Below, piece by piece: positions 29,401 through 42,298 of a DNA stretch of 64,000 bases (the stretch's first letter is position 1; the number at the start of each line of letters is the position of its first letter). The stretch lies in assembly GCF_009914755.1 (NCBI RefSeq), contig NC_060928.1; one strand, 5' to 3'. The DNA is from the human T2T-CHM13v2.0 reference genome, Homo sapiens. The notes beneath the pieces were generated by a model that ran no database searches, had not been told where the DNA came from, and worked only from the letters and a program-made list of their open reading frames with translations. A program made the position numbers and the translations under genes.

Positions 29401-32400
29401 GTTCCTTGCCTTGCCAATCAGCATGAGAGGTTCTAAATGTCATTTTAATGCCAAAAAAACTGGTATGTGCACAAGCATTCTAGCTGAAATAAAAAATAAC
29501 AGTAATTAGAAGACAAAATTGCCATTAAAAGTTATATATTGTATTACAGCTTATTATCTAAATTATTTTGTAATAGCTAGCATGTCTTTAACTTGCATGT
29601 TCTAGGCCATGCCCTTGCATGTTTATTCTAGAGTAGAATTTACATATATATGTGTATATACATATATGTGTAAATATATATGTACACACATAAATTCATA
29701 CACACGTATATACATTCTAATTGTCTCAATTACTTATACTATTATTTAATTCATCCTCTTTCAGAAAACCCATTGGAACTCTGAGTTTATCAAAACATGG
29801 TCCCATCCATTATAATAATATCAATTCATCAATACTAAGGTGATTTAAAACACAGGGGGACTAATTGCTTTACTGTATGGTTACCAATTTAATTGGAAAA
29901 TTAGGATATTTCCACAAGGGATTCTACAGCTAACCTAAAGTAGGATATACCCAAAAGATTTTGGAGGCGTTGAAGCAGAAGGTGATTAACTCTGTTTGGT
30001 AAAGGATAATTGGTCACTTGACTCTTAGAACTACTCTAACAACAGGAAATATTTTTTCTAGTTTATTAGTTCACAAGAGTCTTTTGAGCTTCATAATATA
30101 TTAAGTAGTAAAAAATACGAGAGATACTATGTCAATTTTGGGCAAATATGAAGAACTAATAGAAAGATGTCATTCAAGGCCTTTGGGTCTTATTGATAAA
30201 TGAGCTTTAAATATTATTTTTAAATGGTCATTATTCAAAGAAAACTATCCAAATTATTAGGCAAATAACTTCTTAAATATTATTTTAAAAGGTATTTTTA
30301 TTTTTTTCAAACTTTTTAGAGTATTTCAGATTTATTATGACTTGTATTTTTCTATTGCCCATGTTAGTAACTAGAAAACAAAACAAAACAAAAAAAAAGC
30401 AAGCAAGCAATATACAGCCTTGATAATAAAAATTCCAAATTGATTCACCCTTATCTTAAATCTCACAAAACATAAACAGGAATGCATTTTATTTGTAAGA
30501 AGAAATAATCTATCTATAAATTTCATTTTTGACTCAATTTTTAGTTTGATCGATAACCCTCAAGAGGTTGAGAAACAATTTAAAAAGACAAATTGAGCAC
30601 GTCATGTAATATATAATTAAATTATTTTGATAATTTTCTGTAGACTTTATGAAGTTCATCACTTTTCTGCAAACGGTGCTGTATATATTTGCAGTGTGTC
30701 TGTAATGAAATGAGTTAATGTCTTAACAAGACATCCAGTGCTGTGTTACTGAATAATCCTTTACATTTTACATGAATTCATTGTAACTCCAAAATACGGT
30801 CATTTCTTTGTGGATCAAAGACTTAATAAGGGGCCACCACATTTGAATATCTTTCATAAGTGTCTTCAAAGTTGGCAATTTGATTAGTTTCAGTGGAAAT
30901 GTTATTCTGCATTTAAGTAGTGTCCCCTATATGCTAAATTTGGGCTTATGATGGGAATCTAATTTTACCTTATTTCAGGACTAAGATGCAAAAGCTAAAA
31001 GTGTAGAAAAATCAGAAAAAAAAATGCAGCTAATGTTTTACATTTGCAATCTCACTGAGTCAACCTTTGGTTATTATTGCCAGTAGCATAGTTTGACTTC
31101 AGTGTTTAAATATGTTATTGTTAGATGAAACATTAAATTTCATCTTAAAGAATTCCAGATATTGGTAGTTCAAGGTAAATATTTATACTTGAATAAAGAC
31201 ATACATCTTGGAAAACTTTGTGCAAATGGAAGTCAATGACACACTTAGGTACATTTTGAGTAAATATAATGTTTATATATAGTATGCCTTTCAAATAAGT
31301 TATAAAATTAAGATATGTATTCATGTTTCAAGATAATAAATAAAATTGAAAATAAAATAAGCCATAATTCTATTAGAAATTTCACAGCCTAAATATTTAT
31401 ACCAACATAATTAGTTTTAACAAGAACATTTCAAAATTTGTAGTGGAAAGAATGATTCTCTGTGTATTTAAAGGAGATTATGTTGTATAAACTTCCTAGC
31501 TCAGTGTTTTATATATTCTTTTTTGCCCCTCTACCCAATCCAGGCTTTCAAAATTTGTATGAATATTTAATTTAAGATCACATGACTGACATGAATCCTA
31601 CAAAGAATATCTGTTTAGGGTAAAACATGTGAACAACTTCAAAAGATTTACATTTGACCTTTAGTATTTGCAACAATATGCATTGCTTGTGACAATCACT
31701 CTCTTGTAGGGCTGTGTAGTAAATACAATGAAAAATCTCTACCTAGAGGATTTAGTTTAAATCATAAAATTCTAAAGCTAAACTTCATCCTAGTAACTCT
31801 AATGCAACTAGAGTAGAAATTTTATATTTTAAAATATACAAATATTTAAACCTAACTTAGTGTACGCCTGCTGAAAAGCATAGCTCTATTCAGTTGAATA
31901 ATACTTATTAAGTACGAAACAGCTTTATATTTAACTCATTCCTATTAATATTGGACATCTACTTGCAACCTAAACTCTCTCTCTCTGGAATGTAAAGGAA
32001 ATATCCCCCACCCCCGTCCTTTTCCAGGCATCATTTATACTTAATCTAATGTTACTAAATGACATAAATGAGAGACCACAATTCCATTTATCAGGCAAAC
32101 CATCACACCTGTCAAAGTCATGAATAGTAATAAGAAATACAAAGAGCACAGGATAACTTCTATCATTTAATAATTGCTCACTATGAGAAGTATTGTTCAG
32201 TCGTTTTCCACACTGAATTCTTTCTCTGTACACACTCAGAACACACTGCCAATTGATAAAAGGAACATAGCTTCAAAAGAAAATTCTTCTAAGTAAAGAA
32301 AAGCTCTCTGTTAAGCATGCAAGAGGTTAAACATTGCTGAAATAGTGAGACATTTTCTCAGCCCACACTTCCCAGTTCCATTCAATTACCAACAGCACAA

Positions 32401-32994
32401 GCGACTATAATACAAGCGAATACTGTATTATTAAATCAGAGCTTCCCATTTACATCCACCTCTAACCTGAGGGGGTTGCAAGGGGATGACATTTGCTAGT
32501 CAACAGCAGAACAAACAGCCCCCAACTTGGAAATACACATGACCTTGGGGTGTGGAATGCTCAGAGACTGAGTTTCACAAGTTTTATTTGGATCTACTGC
32601 ATAACAACACATCTAAATGGACCCAGCATGATGTAAATGTTTCTATACCTACCTCCTCCCTTCCAAAAAATGTTAAGAGAGCTCTGCACTTTGAAGTCTA
32701 TGCTTTAGATATAGGAATAATATTGATGATTAACCAGAGACTAGTCCATTCAAATAATTATTTGATTACATTTGTTCTAAACAACTTGTTGGTTGATTTA
32801 TTTAACATCATTTGCTAATATATTTGGGGGGTTTCCTGGAATGGTTCCTATCCTTTGAACCCTGCTGAAAGTATTGCTCTAAAATATTTATATTTATAAA
32901 GCAAGATATAACATAATGACATCAACTTCACAAAAAGCAAAGCTCTCAACTTCCCCTCTAGAATTTAGTGCATAATCACTAACAGATTGTCTTG

Positions 32995-33036
32995 TAATAA
33001 TAATAATAATAATAATTATTATTATTATTATTATTA
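32995..33036. repeat. (TAA)7(TTA)7 perfect 42-bp palindrome
   Basis: Counted directly from the sequence. Confidence 0.95.
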
Positions 33037-33171
33037 AAATATTTTTGTAATCATTGCCAAAAGTCCAGTTTCAAATTATAAAAATAAGCATAACTTGTTT
33101 TTAAATTTTTGTATGGCAGTCTGTATTTCTCCCCCACTTGTAATCATTTATAACAATATTATTTTTCTTAC

Positions 33172-33557
33172 CTTATTTTAACAGTCACAAAAGTCCCCCA
33201 GAAAGATTCCTAAACGCTGTGGAAATATAAATCACAATAAAAAAAAAAAACTCTCAAAAGATCGTCTTAGCTGGGGAAAAAAAAATAGTTTGGTCTAAAA
33301 CTATAGAAATCTCCAAAGTCACGCCTGAATGAGCGCCCAGGTGGCAAACAGAGGACTCTCTCCCACGTCCGATACCACACTCCTTTGTCAAGTTGATATG
33401 GGTCCTGTTGGTGAAGCGGGTCCCACAGGGCACAGAGGGTGCAAGAGGGCGTTGCCTTCAGGTGCTGGAGCAACTGGTCCGCTCGCGTCTCAGGTTCAGC
33501 ACCGACAGCACAGTGGACAGTACCAGCTCCTTTCACCTCCAGTTTGTCTCAGTCACT
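33172..33557 (-). other. FSTL5: Non-coding first exon (5' UTR), most likely FSTL5 exon 1
   Basis: Seen: strong minus-strand donor AAAATAAG|GTAAGA at 33172/33171, Inr-like TTCAGTG around 33557, lies inside the only CpG-rich segment, contains no ATG. Gene identity is recalled from the FSTL5 mRNA leader (AGTGACTGAGACAAACTGGAGG...GACTGTTAAAATAAG), not from a search. TSS position is approximate. Confidence 0.7.
33495..33524 (+). promoter_or_regulatory. Candidate non-canonical (split) RE1/NRSE REST site
   Basis: TTCAGCACC (33495-33503), 11-nt spacer, GGACAGTACC (33515-33524); canonical RE1 is TTCAGCACCnnGGACAGCGCC. Confidence 0.5.
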
Positions 33558-33620
33558 GAACCAGGCTGATTCTCGCTCCTCCTCCCTAGGCAGGAGCTGC
33601 TGCCACTCAACCCGGGGGTG

Positions 33621-33760
33621 CCCCGCCCCCACCATCTGACGTAACTATTTTGCATATCAACTCGCCGAGAGGTGAGGGGCCGCCCCCTTGACTGGGCTTC
33701 TGCTAGAGTCAGCTGCGGCAATCGGGGCAACAAAATTCAGGCTTAACGTCAGCGTGGGCA
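33621..33760 (-). promoter_or_regulatory. Proximal promoter motif cluster: GC box, E-box, two CRE-like sites, octamer-like site, EGR-like site
   Basis: CCCCGCCCCC 33621-30; CATCTG 33633-38; TGACGTAA 33637-44; ATTTTGCAT 33647-55; TAACGTCA 33744-51; GCGTGGGCA 33752-60. Motifs seen directly; binding is inferred. Confidence 0.55.
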
Positions 33761-36252
33761 TCTTTGGACTTCAGGATGTATTCTCAACCAGTCCAGTAGA
33801 AACTAAACGCTTTGACGGTGCTGGAGCCTTTGCCTTCGCGGGGACTGCCGTTTCTGCGCACTCTAAGATCGCTGCGGGCACAGCTCTGGAAGGAAGACGG
33901 GGCGGAGAGAGGGGGCAGTGGAGCACGCAGAGGACCGAGTGGGAGGCGGGTGGGGAGGAGACGGAGAAATAGAATGAATCTATTCAACCATTCTTGAAAA
34001 CATCTCCAATCCTTTTCATCTTCCTGCCCAAACTTTGCTGCCTCTCCCTGCCATTTGGTTATTTGAACGGATCCGTATTTGGTGTTCCTACTCCCTTCCC
34101 TCGGTTCACGGAGCCTCTGGAGGGAGTCGCTGCTGCAGAAACTTGCCTGGAAGAAAAAAAAAAAAAATTTTGAGCACTGAGAGAAAACGTGAAAGCTTGC
34201 AGCGCTAACCATCATTTCTAAACAGAATCTTAAGGAAAAAAAATACGAGTGCTCCATAGTATATATTATACTTCATATGCGTTCCTATAAAACCTACAGA
34301 ACCTTCCTTATTCATTCTCATGATTTAAACAAATCCTCAAACTGTATAGACTTGGAGATTCCAGAGGGAAAAAAATTAAATAATAAAAAGTGAAAGTTAT
34401 CAGCTTCAACTTCCACTGCCAAAATTATGAAGGTTATGCAATATTTATTATGTCTACTATATCAATATTTCTATGAAAGATGGGCTATGCTGGAAGCTTT
34501 ACATAGCCTTTAGCAATTCTCTCAGTATTTGTGATATTTCTTGTCCCAGTGAAGCTCTAGCCGCCTTGAAGGCAAGAGAAAGGGGGCCTGTCATGCCAAA
34601 TTCCACAGACTGCTTAAACTTGTAAACAAACACTTTCAGTGAACTGAAGCAATCAATCATCCAGAAGGTGATTATTCACATTCCATGCTCATGTCCCACC
34701 TACAGCTATCATGACTTACTTGGACAGAGAAGTGGGTATCTAAAACTAAGCTTAAATTTTCTTAAGTTGGATAAAGCATGTTTAATAAAAAAGGTTGTTT
34801 ATTCAAATAATGTCATAGCATTTCACACATTGCTTTCCATCAGAATGCATACACACTGATATGTGTCATCATATGCCAGGAGTCTGATATCATCTAGCAC
34901 TGGATCCACTCACAAGCATTTTTCAGGGACTCTAATCAAAGGAATACACTTACTTATTTCCCCATCAGGAAAAATAATGCATTTTATTTTCTCTAATATT
35001 AAGAAGTTATTTGAGGAAGTCTATTTACTTTGTGGACCCATACCCCCAAACTGCTTCTTTCTAGTTACTTAAAAAAGAAGAAATAACAGAGGAAAAAACT
35101 ATGGTGTTTTTGCTTGAGGGAAGGAACATTTTTTTATTCTGATTCACACCCACATAAAACTTTCTCTATGGCTTTATTCCAGAAATTGCCCATTTCTTTT
35201 CTGAACGTACAATCCCCAGTACTATTTCTCCAACACACCTTGACTACAAGTTTTGCATTTTGGGTAATCTGCAATGTTTTTGTTTTCTCAGACAACTACT
35301 GATTTTGCATTTATAAGTGTCAAGTGCCATGACTTTTTGCACAGATATACCCATACATGCATGTATTATGAGTTCTTCAATTCCCAAAGTCATTTTAATA
35401 AAGGTGGCAGACACCATGATATGTCAGGAAAGATGATCTGTGGGGGCAGATGGGTGTTGCACAATTACAATTACAATGGAGCCAACTGTATAACTTGAAC
35501 TTAGGCTGGCTACGGCGCACATGATATGCTTCTTTTGGGAACATCGCATAGCACACTTTGGTCTGCTTCATGCCAATGTGCTGAAATGTCAGAGAAATCT
35601 TGATAGTTCACTTTAGCAATATAGAGAGTACATGATGTATGCTTATAAAATTCCACCAAGACCTATGTTGTTTGTATAATGGACATAATTTTTCAGTTTA
35701 CTCCAGTGATCATAATGTTTTGGACTATGAATTCAATTAAAGCAGTCATAATATTATTGAAAAACCTGAGGGAATAAAACTAGAAAACAAACCTTCCTTT
35801 GAAAGATGGAAAGGAAAGCCAAATCATTTTCTCATTTTTTCACTGTCTTTAAAAAGAGGGACAGAAGAAAGAAAGAAAGAAAAGAAAAAAAAAGGAAAAG
35901 AGCTATTTTGGGAAGCATGAACAAAGATGAATACATGCAGAAAAGCATTGAGAATATCCTCCTAGCGGATTCTTGGTTTTGTACTGTCCTAAATGGCAAT
36001 GTGACTGAGGGCAAGTTATTTAAACCTTTTCATCACACACATCATTTGTAAAATATATAGGTTATCCTGTTATCTCCAAAATTCATTACATGCTTGTCAT
36101 TCTGTAATTTTATATTAGACTTCAACCTATTTTATATATATATATAATTTGGAATCACTATAAAAAGGTTAAAAAGAAAGAGCATATATATAAAAATATA
36201 TAATAGAAAGAAAGAGCATATATAAATACAAACAGCATATACACAAAAAAGA

Positions 36253-36254
<2 letters not shown>

Positions 36255-36296
<42 letters not shown>
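36255..36296. repeat. (AT)21 microsatellite
   Basis: Pure AT run, preceded by repeated AAAGAGCATATA units. Confidence 0.95.
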
Positions 36297-36301
<5 letters not shown>

Positions 36302-38977
36302 CTTCTTTACTTCCATTACTTTCTTACTTTCTATCTCTTGCTCCCTTGGGCCCTTTTGTGCTCTCCACATATGTTTTATTTCATTGTAATGTTCTATTTA
36401 AAATGTCTATTAGGTATATGTCTACTGTGGTAAAGGGCATTTAAATACAGTATTTTGTTATTGAAAGAAATATTGACACAATATATTTATATTAAATTTC
36501 TTAGCTAATTCCAAATTGTGACCTTAAACAAATTTATATGTGTGCATGTGTGTGTGTGTGTGTGTGTTTATGTGGGTAGGATATACTAAAGAGAATTTTC
36601 AAATATGTTTTCTTAAAATTATGGAAATAAAATTTAAGATATATGAATTAAAAACTCACTACTAATAAATAAACCCGCAAATTAAAGAACACTATTTCAT
36701 TATGCACACACACGTATTTTATCGAAGCAGCAATTACAATTTTCATGAGATTATATCAGTTTAATTTTAAATCTCAATTAGTTTCATTGGAATTATTTGA
36801 AATCTCAATATATGTTAAAATTGAGATTATGTTGTTTTTCATTTTCTCTATTATATATCATAGCATAGGCATTTTGGTGGCTTTGGATAAGATTGTTAAA
36901 TTTAATCAAGACTACTGTGAAAGGTCTTTTCTTGCTAGTATTTACATTAACACACAGAAAGATACACTAAGAGAGACAATTTTTATCATTTGTAATTATA
37001 AATCCACCATCAAAATGGCACATTTCATAAAGGAGTGGCGGACTTTTTCAGAAATACTGGCTAAAAGCTGACTATAACTTTTTGCTATTCTACCCCTCAA
37101 ATTATCAGATTAATGCACATATAAACTTTAATTCTCACTGTGTAAACAGGCTTCTTAAATTCTACAAGAACCTGGATAAATGTATAGTATGAATAAAAGT
37201 TATAGGTTTAAGAAATTGTTTGATATCAATATTTATTGAGGTAATATTAATTGGAGAAAGACAGAACATGGTTTAATAAATGCTGCTTAACTGGAAAGCT
37301 GAAACCTACCACATTTAATACAGAAACCTAGGTTTGGCCTTAAATAAAAGATTTGCTCATTGTCATCAATAATTTGGGGTCAAAATGAACTCAGAATTAT
37401 AGTAACTGGCCACTTAAAGAACCACTGCATAATCAAAGGATGTACCATGAATGCTGAGGGTGCAAAGCCAAATAAACCTATTTTATTCTCCATGATAAAT
37501 ATAGATGATTAATGTTATAAGTTTCATCTTCTCAATTGAAGGGAATTAAAACCCGCTCTTTATATAGCCACATCATGGGGAATGAACATTAACATACAGA
37601 TTTAGCAGACTCAGGTTTGTGTTAACTATTCTAGTTTTTATGCATTTTCGTATTTTTTTTATTTAGTTGTCAACTTCACAGACACCCTCATCCTGCTTTC
37701 CAAGTAATACTGCTATGAGTTTCCCCCTAAAGCTGTATTTTGCCTTTCTGTTTTGGCTTGGTAAAAATGTTTGATTTTCCCACACTAGTAAACAATGGGA
37801 ATTAACTTTCAATAAGAGCAAGCATCTATCAACGTGTCAATGCACAGAGTTTTCGAGCTCATATGAATGGATTCAAAAAATATTGCTCTATAAAAGTATA
37901 GATTGAAATGATGAATTGATTTAAAAATTTAGTAAGTATAATTAAATAAGAATTAAAAATTGTTATTATAGAGCTATGTATCTTCACAATTTGAGCTATC
38001 CTCCTTAGGGATGTTAAATGTGGACATAAACCTATAAGTAAATCATTTTTTCCTTGGCTTAGGAAAAAGCATCTGAATGTAATTTTTTATAAACTAAACT
38101 TGGCGAGATAAGAACATAGTTTTATTTTGCTAGATTTATATAACAAACATATTTAAGTATCCTTTATTTTCTATGAATTAACTTCGGTGTTAAAAAAATC
38201 TAGAAGTAGTAACCATAATTAAAATATCATCCATTAATAAGCCTTTAAGTACCCTATACTAATAGCAATATTGTAGAAAAAAAATTGAAATTATAGTAAA
38301 AGCAGGAAACCCTAAAAGTATCAGCTAATTCAAGAAATACTTTACAACACAATCTGATCTGCTTCTGTGATTAAATTAACCCTAGAATTACATTTATGTA
38401 CCACAGTAATAAATAATATTGTTGGCTGCATTTATAAAATTAGAAATAATCAATTATGTGAATCAGATATATTGTTACCTTCATTGTATTAATAGATTTT
38501 TAAATCAATTCATTGAGTTTTCCTTTCTTTTTTCTATTACTTTAATAGAATAGAAATTAGTACTTCGTGAGGCAGTTTAAAGTTCGGTAATATTAAGATT
38601 CTTTGGAATCTAAAACTATGATGCTATTTCTTAATTGAACTATGAAAAAAAAAAGCATGAGACTTGCTGATGCTCAGACAGACAACTTACGTTCTTAGAG
38701 TGCTTGTGTTTAAGAGAGCTCTTAGGGCATCTATTGGCCTATGTTGGTATTGCATATGAGAATTTCAGTTCTCACAACTTGAGTTATATATTTGCCCACA
38801 ATGATTACAATACGTGCTGCTGATGAATAGATTTATGTTGGAAATCTGTAATATCTATTGTTGAATTTAAAGTATTAAGCAAATGCATAAAACACATATG
38901 GTATGGGAGTTGGTCTTAAAAGCGTTTCGATATCAGCTATTTCAACATCTAAAAAATGTATGTTAATTATTTTTTAG

Positions 38978-39341
<364 letters not shown>

Positions 39342-40189
39342 ACACTTCGGTTTATAGGAGAGACAAAATAATGGTTCTTTCAGTTTCAAAAGAAGTAAAC
39401 ACAGTAACATGTTTTACATTATAACCTTTACAGCAGAATGTAAAAGGACATAGAGAATATAGCTTTAAGTCTTGAGTTCAGAAATATCATAATGTGTAAG
39501 GAAATATAATGTTACTAATGAAAATAATCTGCATATTTGTCCAGACAGAGAAGTAATTTTTCCCCAAGTATCACAGGTACTTGCTAGGAAAAAAAAAAAA
39601 AAAAGAAAGTCACAGCTATGAGAAAGGATGGAGAAAAATCTGAAATTTAAGTTCTTGTATCTGTATGTGAAAAATATACAAATATTGTAGGCATGTAATA
39701 ATACATAAATTAATAACTCTATAAGTAAAACTCTATTATAAGTAAGTTATAAATGAAAAGTATTAGAAATATAGAGAAAGTATAGCAGGTCAAAATCAGT
39801 AAAATCTCAGGTACGAAGTGATACATCCTCAAAGTGAAGTAAAGAAAAGAGTTTGGCAAAGTGAGAAATTACTACCGATTTTCCCTTATGCTTTTTAACC
39901 TTTCCTGTACAGAAGATCCTTCCAAACCGTATGACCCAAAGTAACTGTTCCAGTTTTTGAACCCAAGAATAGCACTAAAACTGTTTGGGAGGAAGTGTGG
40001 TAAGGAACCCAACAGAAATGGTTATGTTACTTTTCTTAAAGTATCACTTTTAAAATGTTGATTGCTGTTTGTTGATATTATGTAGAAATTATTTGAACTT
40101 AAATAGGCCAACACTGTTGAAAAAGAAACATGAAAACAATTCTATGTAGTAGATTAGCATTTCACAATATACTTCTTTTGTATTTATCA

Positions 40190-40585
40190 CGGCTGATTAC
40201 CACGTCATGGCCATTCTACTCCCATGCACATATTTGAATAATGCTCTGTGGTCTCCAGTGGTTGAGTAAGTCATGTGCCCACTTCCATACAAAGAATTGT
40301 GAGTGGAAGTGACACAAGTCACTTTTGGGTTGAGAATTTAGCTGTTGATGCAAGATCCTGCAACTCCTTTCTCTCTGTCAAAGTAACTGGCAACAATTGA
40401 AATAGTGACTGCTTAGACAGAATGGACTCCTGAAGGACAACTATGAACCAAGAGGCTTTTGCTGACCCAGTATGAACACAAAGCATGAGCAAGAAATAAA
40501 CCTTGACTGTGTTACATCACTGAGATTTGAAATTTGTTTTAGGCCACCGAGATTTGAACTTGGTTGGTCTGTTGCCACAGCATAA
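40190..40585 (+). mobile_element. LTR16-like ERVL LTR
   Basis: TGTGAGTGGAAGTGACACAAGTCACTT...CATGAGCAAGAAATAAACCTT...CACTGAGATTT...TTGCCACAGCATAA. Confidence 0.7.
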
Positions 40586-41626
40586 ATAGATTAAAGACAT
40601 TGATATGTTTCAGCAACTGAACTAATTTTGAAATAGTTGTGTATGCACTAATCCTTCACCAACACCTTAGTTTTACATTTTCTGAGTTCTCTAGCTTCTT
40701 ACATGATAGATCTCACTGATCTCCTAAGATAAAGTCTTATTTATTCTATACATTTCATATTTACCTGGAATCAGATAAAATGAATCTCATCTTTTAACTA
40801 CCCTCTTTCCTCCTGTGCATGTTTGAATCACATTCTGTGGTCTCCAATGGTTGAGTGGAGCCATGTGCCCACTTCTGTACAAAGAATTTTTAGGAGTAGA
40901 AGTGACACAAGTCACTTTGGGGCTGAAAATCTAGTTGTTGGTGCTAGATCCCTCTGTATTGTGCTGTACCAGCTTAGCTTTTCTGTCATTCTGGCCCAAA
41001 TGCATTACTCTAAAACTAATTATCTGAGTTTCACTCTACACTTTTAGTGATGGCTCTCTATCCTTCAGTTATCTGAATTTCATTTCCACTTACCCATATT
41101 TGCCAAGAATAGGAACCGACTTAGTTCTTTTCAAGTATGCCTTCAATGATCTTTTCAACAAATAGAAATCAGGTGTCTACTGTGACAGAGATATACTGGG
41201 AATTAGAGATTCAAGAGTAAATAATAGATAACACCGTAAATAAGACCCAACCAAGCCATTACAATACAATGTAATAAGTATGCAATTAGTGTGATATACC
41301 TAAAATCATCCCAGTCTGATAAGCCTTAAGGTTGTTTCTACCAGGGACAAAAGTTTTGCCTTTAAAAGTCATTCTGAAGCACTGACGAAAACTATTTATG
41401 GATATTGCTCCTAGATATCAAATACCTGACTACAGATTTTAGGGTATTGCCTGTGCCTATTTTCAGATGCCATCCTCCATACACTAGATTGAGCAACAGT
41501 TGTTAAATGCATATTATGCTATTCTCTCTACCTAAAAACAACCGAATTACCTACTCTTTTGAATATTGTGATTATCCAGATAACTGAATTTCAGCAATTA
41601 GCCTCCATTGCTTTTTCTTTAAAAAT

Positions 41627-41983
41627 TTTTATTTCCATAGATTATTGGAGAACAGGTGGTGTTTGGTTATATGAGTAAGTTCTTTAGTGGTGGTCTGTGA
41701 AATTTTGGTGCACCCATCATTCAAGCAGTATACACTGCCCCCTATTTGTAGTCTTTTATTCCTCACCCCCTTCCCACCATTTCCCCCTGAATCCCCAAAG
41801 TCCATTGTGTCATTCTTATGCCTTTGCATCCTCTTAGCTTAGCTCCTACTTATGAGTGAGAACATACAATGTTTGGTTTTCCATTCCTGAGTTACTTCAC
41901 TTAGAATAATAGTCTCCAATCTCATCCAGGTTGCTGCAAATGCCATTAATTCATTCCTTTTTATGGCTGAGTAGTATTCCGTC

Positions 41984-42029
<46 letters not shown>

Positions 42030-42160
42030 AGCAGTGTCTTTATCCACTAGTTGATTGATAGGCATTTTTGTTGGTTGCACGTTTTTGCAATTGTGAATTG
42101 TGCTGCTATAAACATACATGTGCAAATATCCTTTTATTATAATGACTTATCTTCCTCAGA
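41627..42160 (-). mobile_element. L1PB 3' end containing (GT)n at ~41991-42027
   Basis: TTTTATTTCCATAG...GAACAGGTGGTGTTTGGTTATATGAGTAAGTTCTTTAGTGGTG...CCATTCCTGAGTTACTTCACTTAGAATAAT. Confidence 0.9.
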
Positions 42161-42298
42161 CTTTCCCATGGATGACACCATAACATTTAGTTCTCTGAAG
42201 TGGTTTTTCCTGACTAACAATACACCATAACACAAATTCTTAACCATTATGTTCGTACTGCTTCTTCAGCTAATGATACATGAATGTCTGAAATTATA

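Larger units (their letters stand above)
33320..34150. promoter_or_regulatory. CpG-island-like promoter region
   Basis: Abrupt rise in GC and CpG content in non-repeat sequence against a very AT-rich background; GC boxes at 33621-33630 and ~33676-33687; no TATA box upstream of the putative TSS. Confidence 0.85.

Noticed and set aside
33676-33696. Possible CTCF site (AAGGGGGCGG on the minus strand)
   Set aside because: The 5' half of the CTCF core is mismatched; better explained as a GC box.
33899-33962. G-rich stretch as a G-quadruplex
   Set aside because: Only three closely spaced GGG runs; the fourth needs a loop of more than 20 nt.
33784-34257. Longest ORF in the track (157 aa, minus strand)
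   Set aside because: Runs through a poly-T tract (FFFFFF) and GC-rich promoter DNA upstream of the putative TSS; no recognisable domain; probably chance.
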